Positions 28,804-38,668 of a DNA stretch of 64,000 nucleotides are shown one piece after another. This DNA is from an uncultured Gammaproteobacteria bacterium (lineage in GTDB: Bacteria; Patescibacteriota; Patescibacteriia; Patescibacteriales; UBA12465), in contig CAZIJG010000002.1 of assembly GCA_964539545.1 (NCBI GenBank), positions 6,624 through 70,623 on the forward strand, read 5' to 3'. Every line of letters begins with the position of its first letter. The stretch's first letter is position 1. The position numbers and the translations under genes were made by a program. The notes under the pieces were generated by a model. That model was not told the DNA's origin. It made no database searches and worked only from the letters and a program-made list of their open reading frames with translations.

Positions 28804-30042
28804 TTAGTACTTAAGGGGGAATCTCTGACATAGTCTGATAACCTCACCTCTAATATATTTAATATCTTCCATATTATCTTTGCTCCTAAGCGCCTTATCT
28901 ACTAATTTAGCTACTTTCCTAGTGTCGTCTTCCTTGAGACCACGGGTAGTGATAGCTGGAACTCCTAATCTTAAACCTGAAGGATTGAATGGAGGGCGAG
29001 GATCGTTAGGAATAGTAGAACGAGAAACTGAAATTCCTATCTCCTCTAAAACCTTTTCCGCATCCTTACCGCTAAGATCTAGACTACTAATATCTAAAAC
29101 AAACATGTGGTTATCTGTGCCACCAGATACAATCTTATAGCCTAAAGTTACAAATTCATCAGCCAAAGCCTTTGAATTTAGAATTATTTGTTTAGTATAT
29201 TCTTTAAATTCTGGTTTGGCAGCTTCAGCAAAAGCCACGGCTTTAGCAGCTGTCATATTATCATGTGGACCACCTTGAGTCCCAGGAAATACTGCTTTAT
29301 CTATAGCTTTAGCATATTTTTCTTTGCACATAATGACGGCGCCTCTAGGTCCACGTAAAGTTTTGTGAGTAGTGGTTGAAACTACATCACAAATAGGAAC
29401 TGGATTAACAATTTCACCAGAAGCAATCAAACCGGCAATATGAGAAATGTCTGCAAACAGAATAGCTCCACTTTCATCAGCAATTTGTCTAAAACCCTCC
29501 CAGTCTAATTCTCTAGAATAAGCGCTAAATCCAGCTACAATCATTTTTGGCTTTTCTTCTAGAGCTAATTTTTTTACCTCTGCCATATCAACAAATCCTT
29601 CATTATCTAAACCGTAGTGAACAAAGTTATATAAACTGCCAGAAAAATTAACTGCGTGGCCATGAGTTAAATGACCGCCATGGTCCAATCTTAGGGCTAG
29701 CACTTTATCTCCTGGCTCTAAAAAAGCACTGTAGACTGCTAGATTAGCCGGGGAACCAGACAAAGACTGAACATTCATATGTTCAGCTGAAAATAGTGCT
29801 TTGCCTCTCGTTATTGCTAGATCTTCAATCTCATCAATAATCTGATTACCTCCATAATATCTTTTACCACTATATCCTTCACTATATTTATTAGCTAGAG
29901 GACTGGCCAAAGCTTCTAAAACTGCCCGAGAAACATAATTTTCTGAAGCAATTAACTCTAATTCGTTTTCTTGACGATTAGTCTCTCTTCTAATTATATC
30001 CAAGACTTCTTCGTCTTGATTTTCTAAATAATTGTATTCCAT
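28804..30042 (-). CDS. glyA: serine hydroxymethyltransferase
   Basis: VVSTTTHKTLRGPRGA (PLP-Lys), GSLYNFVHYG. Confidence 0.9.
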   Translation of the reverse strand: MEYNYLENQDEEVLDIIRRETNRQENELELIASENYVSRAVLEALASPLANKYSEGYSGKRYYGGNQIIDEIEDLAITRGKALFSAEHMNVQSLSGSPANLAVYSAFLEPGDKVLALRLDHGGHLTHGHAVNFSGSLYNFVHYGLDNEGFVDMAEVKKLALEEKPKMIVAGFSAYSRELDWEGFRQIADESGAILFADISHIAGLIASGEIVNPVPICDVVSTTTHKTLRGPRGAVIMCKEKYAKAIDKAVFPGTQGGPHDNMTAAKAVAFAEAAKPEFKEYTKQIILNSKALADEFVTLGYKIVSGGTDNHMFVLDISSLDLSGKDAEKVLEEIGISVSRSTIPNDPRPPFNPSGLRLGVPAITTRGLKEDDTRKVAKLVDKALRSKDNMEDIKYIRGEVIRLCQRFPLKY

Positions 30043-30080
30043 ATATTTATATTAAGTTAGCTAAGAACTTTTGTCAAAAA

Positions 30081-31655
30081 CTATTTTTCTAAACTTTTTA
30101 CCATATAAGTGCTATCTATATTATACCCTAATTTCTTATAATATCCACGCACTCCCACGCCTGAAATAATAGCCATTTTACTCGATTTATGCTTTTTAGC
30201 TATTTCTTCGGCTCTTTCTATTAACTGTTTCCCTAATCCTCTATGCTGAATTTTCTTATCTCGCCCAGTAGGCATTAATTCTCCATAAACATGTAGCTCT
30301 CTAATAACGGCCGGAGCAACTGGGCTATGAGTATCTAAACGTAACCTACAAAAACCATATAATACTTGTTTCTTACTATCAGTTAAACTAAGAAAATATT
30401 CTTTGCCGCCTGAAGCGTCATATTCAATATTATCCCAGATCAATTTCTTTGGTAAAGGTTTATCTCTAGCCTCCCGACAACGGATACAATCACATTTAAC
30501 TCCTCTGTCTTTCATAATCTGCCTAAGATTGGTAATTAGGTTACCAGCTTCAATAGATTCTCCCGGAATATCTCTAATCAATCTAATAATTCTAACATAT
30601 TTAGGTACTAAAGCTTTACATTTAACAATCAAGTTCTGCAATATCTTATCTGAATATGGTTTATATTCTCCTCGTTTCCACCATCTATATAACAAGCTTC
30701 CTTTAACAACTACCGTGGGATAAAGCTTCATCTGATCTGGCTGAAATCTGGACCCCAAAAATAAATTTCTAAACATCACCACATCTTTACTAGCATTGGA
30801 ACCTGGTAAGCCTGGCATAAAATGATAGGTTACTTTAAATCCATATTGTTTTAATAGTTTAGTTGCTTCTACCACCGCCTTAACACCATGACCTCGTTTA
30901 TTCTTTTCTAAAATCTTATCTGAAATTGCTTGAACGCCAATTTCTACTCTGGTACATCCTAACTTTCTCATTAATTTTAATTCTATAGAATCAATATAGT
31001 CTGGTCTAGTCTCTAGAGTTAACCCAATAATTTTATACTTAGCTTTCTCATTCCTTTTTTGTTCTTTAAGCAAGTGTTTTTCTAAATTATCTACATTCTT
31101 CTGAGTTCTAATTTTAGTTTTCTTTCGAGCATAATCATTAGCCGCCTTAAAACAACTGGCAATATACCAATATTTATAGGCTTTAGGAAAGAAGCTCCAG
31201 GTTCCTCCAATAACAATTAGTTCAATCTTGTTTGGATGATGACCATTAGCTTCTAAGGCTCTTAGCCTATCTTGAACCTGGTTATATGGATCGTAACCGC
31301 AACGGATTGCTCTCATTACTGCTGGTTCGTTAGATAAATAACTTACTGGCACATTTTTTTCATTGGGACAATAAACACAATTTCCTGGACAAGGATAAGG
31401 CTTAGTTAAAACTGCAACTGGAGCTATCCCAGATAAAGTTCTAATAGACCGTTTACGTAATAATTTTTCCAAAGGAATATTTCTGGCGATTCTGCCAGTT
31501 TTTACTGATTTTTGATAATATACGAAGATTTCTGAGTTCAACAAAATACCTATTTTATATTTTTTAGATAATTTTCGTTTAGCCGAATCCAAATCTTTAA
31601 TATTTTTTGTCTTCAAACTATATGTATTTAAAAATTCTTTTATTGCTTGAGTCAT
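30081..31655 (-). CDS. Elp3-like protein: radical SAM domain fused to C-terminal GNAT acetyltransferase (tRNA U34 carboxymethylation-type)
   Basis: CPGNCVYC radical-SAM CxxxCxxC-type cluster motif, Elp3-like length (524 aa), C-terminal HRGLGKQLIERAEEIAKK GNAT acetyl-CoA motif. Confidence 0.75.
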   Translation of the reverse strand: MTQAIKEFLNTYSLKTKNIKDLDSAKRKLSKKYKIGILLNSEIFVYYQKSVKTGRIARNIPLEKLLRKRSIRTLSGIAPVAVLTKPYPCPGNCVYCPNEKNVPVSYLSNEPAVMRAIRCGYDPYNQVQDRLRALEANGHHPNKIELIVIGGTWSFFPKAYKYWYIASCFKAANDYARKKTKIRTQKNVDNLEKHLLKEQKRNEKAKYKIIGLTLETRPDYIDSIELKLMRKLGCTRVEIGVQAISDKILEKNKRGHGVKAVVEATKLLKQYGFKVTYHFMPGLPGSNASKDVVMFRNLFLGSRFQPDQMKLYPTVVVKGSLLYRWWKRGEYKPYSDKILQNLIVKCKALVPKYVRIIRLIRDIPGESIEAGNLITNLRQIMKDRGVKCDCIRCREARDKPLPKKLIWDNIEYDASGGKEYFLSLTDSKKQVLYGFCRLRLDTHSPVAPAVIRELHVYGELMPTGRDKKIQHRGLGKQLIERAEEIAKKHKSSKMAIISGVGVRGYYKKLGYNIDSTYMVKSLEK

Positions 31656-31710
31656 ATTTTTTGTTATAATAAGAATACTATACTTAACTTATTAAGAGTA
31701 TCTAAATTCT

Positions 31711-32847
31711 ATGAAAAAAACAAGAATTATAATATTTGCTTTATTAGCTATTTTGATAACCATTCCTATCGCCGCCAAAGCCTTTGCTGTGAAGACTAGC
31801 GATTCTATCTTCATAGGCAGAGATGAGGTAGTAGATGGAAACCTCTATGCTGCTGGTAAAAACATTACTATTGAAGGAGTAGTAACCGGAGATGTAATTG
31901 CTGTTGGCCAACAAATCACTATTGATGGCCGAGTAGATGGTGATGTTATCACTGCTAGTACCAACCTTCGTATTAATGGACAAGTAAAAGGAAATGTTCG
32001 AGTCGCGGCTAATGATGTAACTATTAATGGTCAAGTAGAAAAGAATATTAATATTGCAGCTGTATCTGCTGTCCTTGGTTCTGATTCTATAACTGGATCG
32101 GATGTACTAATCATGGCTGAATCTCTAGAAGCTAGAGGCAATATTTTAGGTTCTCTACATGGAATTTTAAAAAGGTTGTTGTTATCAGGAATTGTTAACA
32201 AAGATCTAAAATTCAAGTTTAATTCTAATAGTAAATTGCCAGTCACTCTAACAGACTCTGCTCAAGTACAGGGAGACTTTATCTATTCACATAATAAAGA
32301 CTTAAACATAAATCAGCAAACTGTAGCAGGAGAAGTAAAATACGAAAAAACTGACACGAAAAAAGCTTGGGGATCTATTCTTTGGAACCTCCTGCTGGGA
32401 ATTTTCTCTGCTTTAATCGTAGGACTGCTGCTAGTCACTTTAATGAAATCTCACCTAAAAGATTTACATCAAAAAATGGAAGAAAAACCTGGACGCTCTA
32501 TTCTTTGGGGACTAGGCATATTAGTTATTGTCCCTATTCTCTGTTTTTTATTAATGCTAACTATTATCGGTATTCCTTTGGCATTAATTATCCTCGCTAT
32601 TTGGTTAATCATGGTTTACGTAGCTAAAATTTTAACTGCAATATATTTTGGAAATATTCTAAGGAAGAAAGCCTTGAAAGCCAAAAAGTTTAATCCAATG
32701 ACTGACATGATTTTGGGCATTGTAGTTGCTTGGTTACTTTTCATGATTCCAGTGATTGGCCCGCTCTTAGTTTTTTTAGCTATTATTTTCGGTTTAGGTT
32801 CTTTCTGGTTCTTTAGGAAAGACTTACATCATAAACTAAATAAATAA
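31711..32847 (+). CDS. bactofilin-domain (DUF583/CcmA-like beta-helix repeats) protein with N-terminal signal/TM and ~5 C-terminal TM helices
   Basis: Repeats GDVIAVGQQITIDGRVDGDVITASTNLRINGQVKGNVRVAANDVTINGQVE; hydrophobic C-terminal third. Confidence 0.55.
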   Translation: MKKTRIIIFALLAILITIPIAAKAFAVKTSDSIFIGRDEVVDGNLYAAGKNITIEGVVTGDVIAVGQQITIDGRVDGDVITASTNLRINGQVKGNVRVAANDVTINGQVEKNINIAAVSAVLGSDSITGSDVLIMAESLEARGNILGSLHGILKRLLLSGIVNKDLKFKFNSNSKLPVTLTDSAQVQGDFIYSHNKDLNINQQTVAGEVKYEKTDTKKAWGSILWNLLLGIFSALIVGLLLVTLMKSHLKDLHQKMEEKPGRSILWGLGILVIVPILCFLLMLTIIGIPLALIILAIWLIMVYVAKILTAIYFGNILRKKALKAKKFNPMTDMILGIVVAWLLFMIPVIGPLLVFLAIIFGLGSFWFFRKDLHHKLNK

Positions 32848-32848
32848 T

Positions 32849-34219
32849 ATGGATATTAACCCTAAAATTTTTAAAGCCTACGACATTAGAGGCATCTTTG
32901 GAAGAGACTTTGACACTGAGTTTGCCTATAACCTAGGGCTAGCTTATGTCAAATTAAGAAAAAAAGAAATAAAAGAAGATAAGCAATTAAAAATCGTAGT
33001 TGCTAAAGATATGCGGTTAAGTTCAGACGAATTAGCAACTTCTTTAATTAAAGGTTTAACTGATGGCGGTGCTAAAGTTATTAATATTGGCTTAAACTCT
33101 ACGCCTACCTTTTATTTCGCCGTAGCCTACTTTAATTACGATGGAGGTATTATTGTTTCAGCATCACATAACCCGGCTGAATGGAATGGCTTTAAAGTAG
33201 TTAGAAATAAAGCTTTGCCAATGGGCGGAGAAACTGGATTAGATATCTTGAAAGATTATATACTAAACAAAAAGCTAGAAATAGCTAATATTAAAGGAAC
33301 AGTTGAGACCCTAGACGATGTCCTGGAAACTCAAGTACAGTACGACTTAGGATTTGCTGATAAAACCAATATTAAACCCCTAACAGTTGTAGTTGATGCC
33401 GCTAATTCTATGGGAGCTACCTATTGTCAAGAATTATTCAAATATTTACCAGTCAAGCTAATCCCAATTAACTTTGATTTAGATGGAACTTTCCCTAATC
33501 ACGAAGCTGACCCTATTAAGGAAGAAAATATGAAGCAATTACAAAAAGCGGTGATTGCTGAGAAAGCTGATCTAGGAATTGCCACCGACGGAGATGGCGA
33601 TAGAATCTTCTTTGTCGATGAAACTGGTAAATCTATTAATCAAGCAATTATCCGAGGGGTTCTAGCCAAGATTTTCTTAAAAGATCGTCCTGGTTCTAAA
33701 ATCGCTTACGATATTCGTCCCGGTAAAATTACTGAGGACTTAATTAGAGAAAACGGTGGTACTCCAATTATTACTAAAGTTGGCCATTCTTTAATTAAAG
33801 CTCAAGCTGTAAAAGAAGGGGCTTATTTCGCCGGAGAGTCATCAGGACATTTCTTCTTAAACATGGACATTGGTTGTTTCGAAATTCCGATGATTGTCAT
33901 TCTAAAATTATTAGAGGAGTTCTCTCAAAATAACACTACCGTATCTGAATATGTTAAACCCTATAATAAATATTTTCATTCTGGAGAAATCAATTCTAAT
34001 GTGGCCGATAAAAACAAAGTTCTAAAGGAAATTTCTTTACGCTATCAAGACGGAGAAATTAATCATCTAGATGGCGTAACTGTGACCTACAAAGATTATT
34101 GGTTCAATGTTAGACCTTCAAATACAGAAGAAACAATAAGGCTCAACCTGGAAGCGGTGAGCCCTGAAATAAGAGATATTAAAACTAAAGAAGTTCTAGC
34201 TATTATTAGAAATAAGTAA
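32849..34219 (+). CDS. phosphomannomutase/phosphoglucomutase
   Basis: Active-site SASHNPAEWNGFK, metal-binding DGDGDR. Confidence 0.85.
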   Translation: MDINPKIFKAYDIRGIFGRDFDTEFAYNLGLAYVKLRKKEIKEDKQLKIVVAKDMRLSSDELATSLIKGLTDGGAKVINIGLNSTPTFYFAVAYFNYDGGIIVSASHNPAEWNGFKVVRNKALPMGGETGLDILKDYILNKKLEIANIKGTVETLDDVLETQVQYDLGFADKTNIKPLTVVVDAANSMGATYCQELFKYLPVKLIPINFDLDGTFPNHEADPIKEENMKQLQKAVIAEKADLGIATDGDGDRIFFVDETGKSINQAIIRGVLAKIFLKDRPGSKIAYDIRPGKITEDLIRENGGTPIITKVGHSLIKAQAVKEGAYFAGESSGHFFLNMDIGCFEIPMIVILKLLEEFSQNNTTVSEYVKPYNKYFHSGEINSNVADKNKVLKEISLRYQDGEINHLDGVTVTYKDYWFNVRPSNTEETIRLNLEAVSPEIRDIKTKEVLAIIRNK

Positions 34220-34895
34220 TAAAGGCGGTATGAAGCAGATCTAAGATTTTTTTCGGTCGAGTCACATTAATAATTTTGCCCTGCTTTAAACTATTAATAA
34301 CATCTTTCATCTTTAAGCTAGGAGAATCTATGATTGTATAATCTTGCATAAAATGCTTTAAATTGTGCAAATCAGCTGTAGCAATAAAAGGTTTCTTATA
34401 TTTCCGAGCTATCTGTTCGGCTTTTTTATTAGGATTAAACCGCTTAGTATAAACCCAACTATGTTCTACTGCATCAAAAAGGTCAACATGCTCTTCAAAT
34501 TTCTTTTTCCCCATAGACATATTAAAGCCTGAGAAAATATGAGGAGCAATTACAAAAATCTCTGGGTGTTCTTTTCGATATTTTCTTAGATCATCGAAAG
34601 TCTCTAATTTTTCTACCTCCTGATCGCAATTCAAAATCAACACATGGTTCTCATGATCTTTTTTATAATTATATAAATTGGCTTCAATCCCGGGAATTAA
34701 TAAAATTCCTTTTTGCTGAGCGTATAGCCCGTGCACCTTTTTATAACCAAAATGCTGATGGAAAGTTAGGGCCAAAACTTTAAATCCTTTTCTATGAGCA
34801 TGTTCAATTAACTCATAAACACTATATCTAATTACGTGTTGCTCTCGATGATCTTCGGAAGCATGGATATGCAAACTAGCTTTATATTTAGGCAT
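34206..34895 (-). CDS. PHP-domain metal-dependent phosphoesterase
   Basis: LHIHASEDH ... YSVYELIEHAHRKGFKVLALTFH pattern of PHP family. Confidence 0.55.
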   Translation of the reverse strand: MPKYKASLHIHASEDHREQHVIRYSVYELIEHAHRKGFKVLALTFHQHFGYKKVHGLYAQQKGILLIPGIEANLYNYKKDHENHVLILNCDQEVEKLETFDDLRKYRKEHPEIFVIAPHIFSGFNMSMGKKKFEEHVDLFDAVEHSWVYTKRFNPNKKAEQIARKYKKPFIATADLHNLKHFMQDYTIIDSPSLKMKDVINSLKQGKIINVTRPKKILDLLHTAFITYF

Positions 34896-34939
34896 ATGTA
34901 TAAATCTGTTATAATATAATAGAATTAACTTTTAAATCT

Positions 34940-35551
34940 ATGCAAACTAAAAAAATTGTAAATTTCTTTTTTGAGCTTAATCAGCTAAAAAGAATTAGTC
35001 ACGTTGGATTATTAAGAATTGGTGTAAAAAATGTAGACAGTGTAGCTGAGCATGTTTTCCGAGCTAGCCAGATCGCTTATATATTAGCTATCATGGAAAA
35101 TGCTAATCCTGAGAGAGCTGCTACCATTGTTCTCTTCCACGATAACGGAGAAGCCAGAGTAGGAGATCAAGATAAGGTAGCCGCTCGTTACTGGTCTATG
35201 AAGGAAGCAGAGAAATTAGCTTTATTTGAACAATTATCTTTTTTGCCTAAGAAATTTCAGAAGAAACTAGAAAACTATCATAAACAATATGCTACTCGGA
35301 ATACTAAAGAGGGAATTATTGCCAAAGATGCTGATTGGCTAGAACTAGCTTTCCAGGCTAAAGAATATATAGACACTGGTTATCAGGGCGCCCGCTACTG
35401 GATTAAAAATATTGAGGAAGCTCTGGAAACAAAATCCGCTAAGAAGATTCTGAAGGAAATGAAACAAGCTGACTTTAATGATTGGCACCAAGAACTACAA
35501 AAAATGACTTATACTAAATTAAAACAAAAGAAAACAAGAAGCTCTAAATAG
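34940..35551 (+). CDS. HD-domain phosphohydrolase (YfbR-like)
   Basis: HVFRASQIAYILA...VLFHDNGEARVGD HD motif. Confidence 0.65.
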   Translation: MQTKKIVNFFFELNQLKRISHVGLLRIGVKNVDSVAEHVFRASQIAYILAIMENANPERAATIVLFHDNGEARVGDQDKVAARYWSMKEAEKLALFEQLSFLPKKFQKKLENYHKQYATRNTKEGIIAKDADWLELAFQAKEYIDTGYQGARYWIKNIEEALETKSAKKILKEMKQADFNDWHQELQKMTYTKLKQKKTRSSK

Positions 35552-35570
35552 GCCTCTTGTTTATTACATC

Positions 35571-36089
35571 TTATTCCACTTTAGCAATTATAGAAGACGG
35601 CGTATAGACTCTAGTATTTAATTCCTGATCTATCATCATTAGACCCGTACCGTCCCCGCCAACCACCTTAACCTTATCTCTATACTCTGCAGCTTGAGAC
35701 TCTTCTTCAGCTTGCTCATCAATATACCATTGTAAAAAGGTTTTGGCTGCAAAATCTTTTTCTGTTTGTGCTAAGTCATATAGCGCGTGAATACTAGTAG
35801 TTACTTCTTTTTCGTGAGCTAACGCCTTCTCAAACATATCTAACGGACCATTAAAATCTGTAGGTGGCTGATTAACATTCTCCAACACCACTCTACCATC
35901 TCTATCTAGAATATGGTTATAAAAACCACGAGAGTGATCAAGTTCCTCTTTGGTTTGCACATCAAACCAGTTAGCAAAACCTGCTAAATTTAATCTTTGA
36001 GCATAGGCAGCCATAGCCTGATAAAGGTAAGCTGCGTATATCTCTCGATTCAATTGCTCATTAAGAGCTTTTTCTATTTTAGCATTCAT
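35571..36089 (-). CDS. ferritin-like protein (non-haem ferritin)
   Basis: LNEQLNREIYAAYLYQAMAAY...ELDHSRGFYNHI...ALAHEKEVT ferroxidase-centre-like pattern. Confidence 0.75.
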   Translation of the reverse strand: MNAKIEKALNEQLNREIYAAYLYQAMAAYAQRLNLAGFANWFDVQTKEELDHSRGFYNHILDRDGRVVLENVNQPPTDFNGPLDMFEKALAHEKEVTTSIHALYDLAQTEKDFAAKTFLQWYIDEQAEEESQAAEYRDKVKVVGGDGTGLMMIDQELNTRVYTPSSIIAKVE

Positions 36090-36151
36090 ATTTTTTTATT
36101 CAATTATTAAAATCTAGTGTAATCTACTATATTTATAAATCTTTAACAAGA

Positions 36152-36580
36152 TTAAGATGTTTTTTTTCTTTGATGCATAGATTTAGACTTAGAAGTAACC
36201 GCCAGAATAGTTAATACTGCTAAATAAGCTGAAACCACACTTGGTGGCATAACATAGGCTCTTTCCAAAACAATATCTAAGGTTAAAAGACTAAAGATTA
36301 AAAAAGTCCAAATAAAAACAAAAATTTCTCCCGGATGTCTCCCCTTATGAACATTATTCCAACGTTCAAACTCTTTATTACCAACATAAATTGCTAAAAC
36401 TCCAATATAGACAGCTGATAAAGCTCCCATTATCTCATTTAATGTATTACCGCAAATAAAATCATAGATAATAGCTGCCATAAAAAAGACTGTCCAAAAA
36501 TTTATAATTTCTCTCCAAAAAGAGAAAGACTTATCGCAAATTTTTTTAATCATAAATTTTCTTGTTATATCTGACCTCAA
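36152..36580 (-). CDS. hypothetical membrane protein
   Basis: ORF track; 4 hydrophobic segments. Confidence 0.45.
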   Translation of the reverse strand: MRSDITRKFMIKKICDKSFSFWREIINFWTVFFMAAIIYDFICGNTLNEIMGALSAVYIGVLAIYVGNKEFERWNNVHKGRHPGEIFVFIWTFLIFSLLTLDIVLERAYVMPPSVVSAYLAVLTILAVTSKSKSMHQRKKTS

Positions 36581-36648
36581 TTAATTATCTTCACATCTAT
36601 TCTAACATAAATATTGCTAATTTCCCTTTTTTACAGTAAATTATAGTT

Positions 36649-37128
36649 ATGAATAAAACTAAACAAAAGAAAGGATACAAGAAAAACTTTTCTATTATTT
36701 CAGGGATGATTATTATTGGCTTGGCCTTTTTTCTTTTGGCTAGCTCTGAAATTGCAAAAACTCAGAATGACTTAGATAGCCTAAAAGATACCTTGGTGAA
36801 GCAAGGATTGGTACTAGAAGAAGCTTTTCAAATGATAGAAAATAGATACAAATTAGATTCTAGGGCCATAGGGATTAATAATTCAGGCAACCAATTAAAA
36901 TCAGACGTAACTTTGAAAACCAACATTACCTGCCAAGCAATTATTCAGGCTCAAGAACATAAATATCATCTTTATTATTCTTTTTCCAATGCTTTAGAAC
37001 TTCTGCAAGATAATTACCAGAAATATCGTGGCAGCGTAGAATATATTCAAGACAGTTTAACAGCCTACGAAGAAGTAATTGATTATGTGAAAAATGAATG
37101 TCAGATAGCTGGTTACATTATTGAATAA
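36649..37128 (+). CDS. hypothetical protein with N-terminal TM anchor
   Basis: ORF track. Confidence 0.45.
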   Translation: MNKTKQKKGYKKNFSIISGMIIIGLAFFLLASSEIAKTQNDLDSLKDTLVKQGLVLEEAFQMIENRYKLDSRAIGINNSGNQLKSDVTLKTNITCQAIIQAQEHKYHLYYSFSNALELLQDNYQKYRGSVEYIQDSLTAYEEVIDYVKNECQIAGYIIE

Positions 37129-37154
37129 AATATAAACAATTTATATAAAAAAGA

Positions 37155-37180
37155 AACCTCGCTATACCACGAGGTTATTT
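37155..37180. terminator. bidirectional terminator hairpin (aacctcg...cgaggtt + T run)
   Basis: between convergent genes. Confidence 0.55.
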
Positions 37181-37182
37181 TT

Positions 37183-37842
37183 TTACCTTCTTTGTAGTCT
37201 CCAAAAAACAACTTTATCTTTAATAATAATTTTGTTCTCCGGGAAATCTTTAACCAACAATTTAATATCTGCTTCCGACAGAGCATCTGCTGATTTAATC
37301 TTTAAAAATTCTCTAAGCTCTGCCTTATCATCGAATAGCCAATCTATTTCAAGGCCTACACTGAATTTTTTAACAGCAAACACCTTTTGAATGTCGGTGT
37401 CAGCAACATCTAAAACTTCTGATTCATCATAGAATGACGATAATAATTTGCAAAATGGACCATCTGCCCTAGGCTCAACAATAATGAGCCAACCACCGGC
37501 TTGTAATTTATTAGCCGTGTCTTTTATAACCTTCAAAGGATAGCGGTGGTGATGCAAGGAATAGGAAAAAAGAATTATATCAAAATCTCTTTTTAAAGAG
37601 TGTATCAACTTTTCAGTTTTTCCTAATAAAAATTTAACTTTATCTCCGTAACTAGATAATTTTTTAATGGCTATTGCCATCTTTTTTTTATCTGTGTCTA
37701 GGGCTACTACTTCTTTAGCAAAGGGAGCAATAATTTCAGTATAGTATCCATCACCGCACCCAATTTCTAAGACTTTCTTACCTTCAAACTGTGTAAAAGC
37801 TGATAGAAAATCTCTTTCGGTATTTCCATAATCTCTTTTCAT
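37183..37842 (-). CDS. SAM-dependent methyltransferase
   Basis: VLEIGCGDGYYT motif I. Confidence 0.7.
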   Translation of the reverse strand: MKRDYGNTERDFLSAFTQFEGKKVLEIGCGDGYYTEIIAPFAKEVVALDTDKKKMAIAIKKLSSYGDKVKFLLGKTEKLIHSLKRDFDIILFSYSLHHHRYPLKVIKDTANKLQAGGWLIIVEPRADGPFCKLLSSFYDESEVLDVADTDIQKVFAVKKFSVGLEIDWLFDDKAELREFLKIKSADALSEADIKLLVKDFPENKIIIKDKVVFWRLQRR

Positions 37843-37975
37843 GTGACTTATTTTTATATAAAGAACTTATTTATGTTTCATAAAGTAATTAATAAATTAT
37901 AACTATTTTGATGGGAAGTGTCAATCTAATCCGTTAAATAAACTATTTTAGCATATCCTTGGTAATGCTATACTC

Positions 37976-38668
37976 TTGTTAGTAGAAAGCTATTCCATTA
38001 TCAAACTAATGTTTGTCACTATGATGCAAGAAATATATATTCTTGATTTAATAGGCACGTTTGCTTTTGCAATCTATGGCAGTTATTTTGCCCTAAGAAA
38101 AAACTTTGATATCTTTGGTATCTTTGTTTCGGCTTTCATTACAGCTGTGGGAGGGGGAACTCTAAGAGAGCTCATTCTAAATCGCAGTCTATTCTATTTT
38201 TATGACATGAACTATCTCCTAATGGTTGTTATAGGTGTAATCTTTACTGTGATTATTTATAAAAAGTTTCACAAGATAAAAACCTTTGCTCTTTTTTTAG
38301 ATTCAGTAGGATTGGTAACCTTTGCCTTCATTGGAGCTTCAAAAGCTAGCGAGCTTGGTCTAGGAGTTTTTGCTATCACCTTTATCGCTGTTATAACAGC
38401 AGTTGGAGGTGGGGTTCTCAGAGATCTTATTTTAGATAAAACTCCCACCATTATGCATAATGGATTCTATGCTTCCGTAGCTATCTTCCTCGGTCTTATC
38501 TATGGCTTCTCTGGTACACAAATGGAAAATGCTATTTGGGCCAACCTACTACTTTTTCTCTGTTTAGTAATAAGAGGGTTTGTCATAATTTATAAAATCA
38601 ATCTTTGGAAACCTAGTAAACTATTTTCATTTTGGTGGCGCAAAGAATGTAAATATGAAAATAAATAA
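37976..38668 (+). CDS. UPF0126/YadS-type (TRIC-like) membrane protein, two repeats with GGG(T/V)LR(E/D)LIL
   Basis: AVGGGTLRELIL and AVGGGVLRDLIL duplicated motif. Confidence 0.7.
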   Translation: MLVESYSIIKLMFVTMMQEIYILDLIGTFAFAIYGSYFALRKNFDIFGIFVSAFITAVGGGTLRELILNRSLFYFYDMNYLLMVVIGVIFTVIIYKKFHKIKTFALFLDSVGLVTFAFIGASKASELGLGVFAITFIAVITAVGGGVLRDLILDKTPTIMHNGFYASVAIFLGLIYGFSGTQMENAIWANLLLFLCLVIRGFVIIYKINLWKPSKLFSFWWRKECKYENK

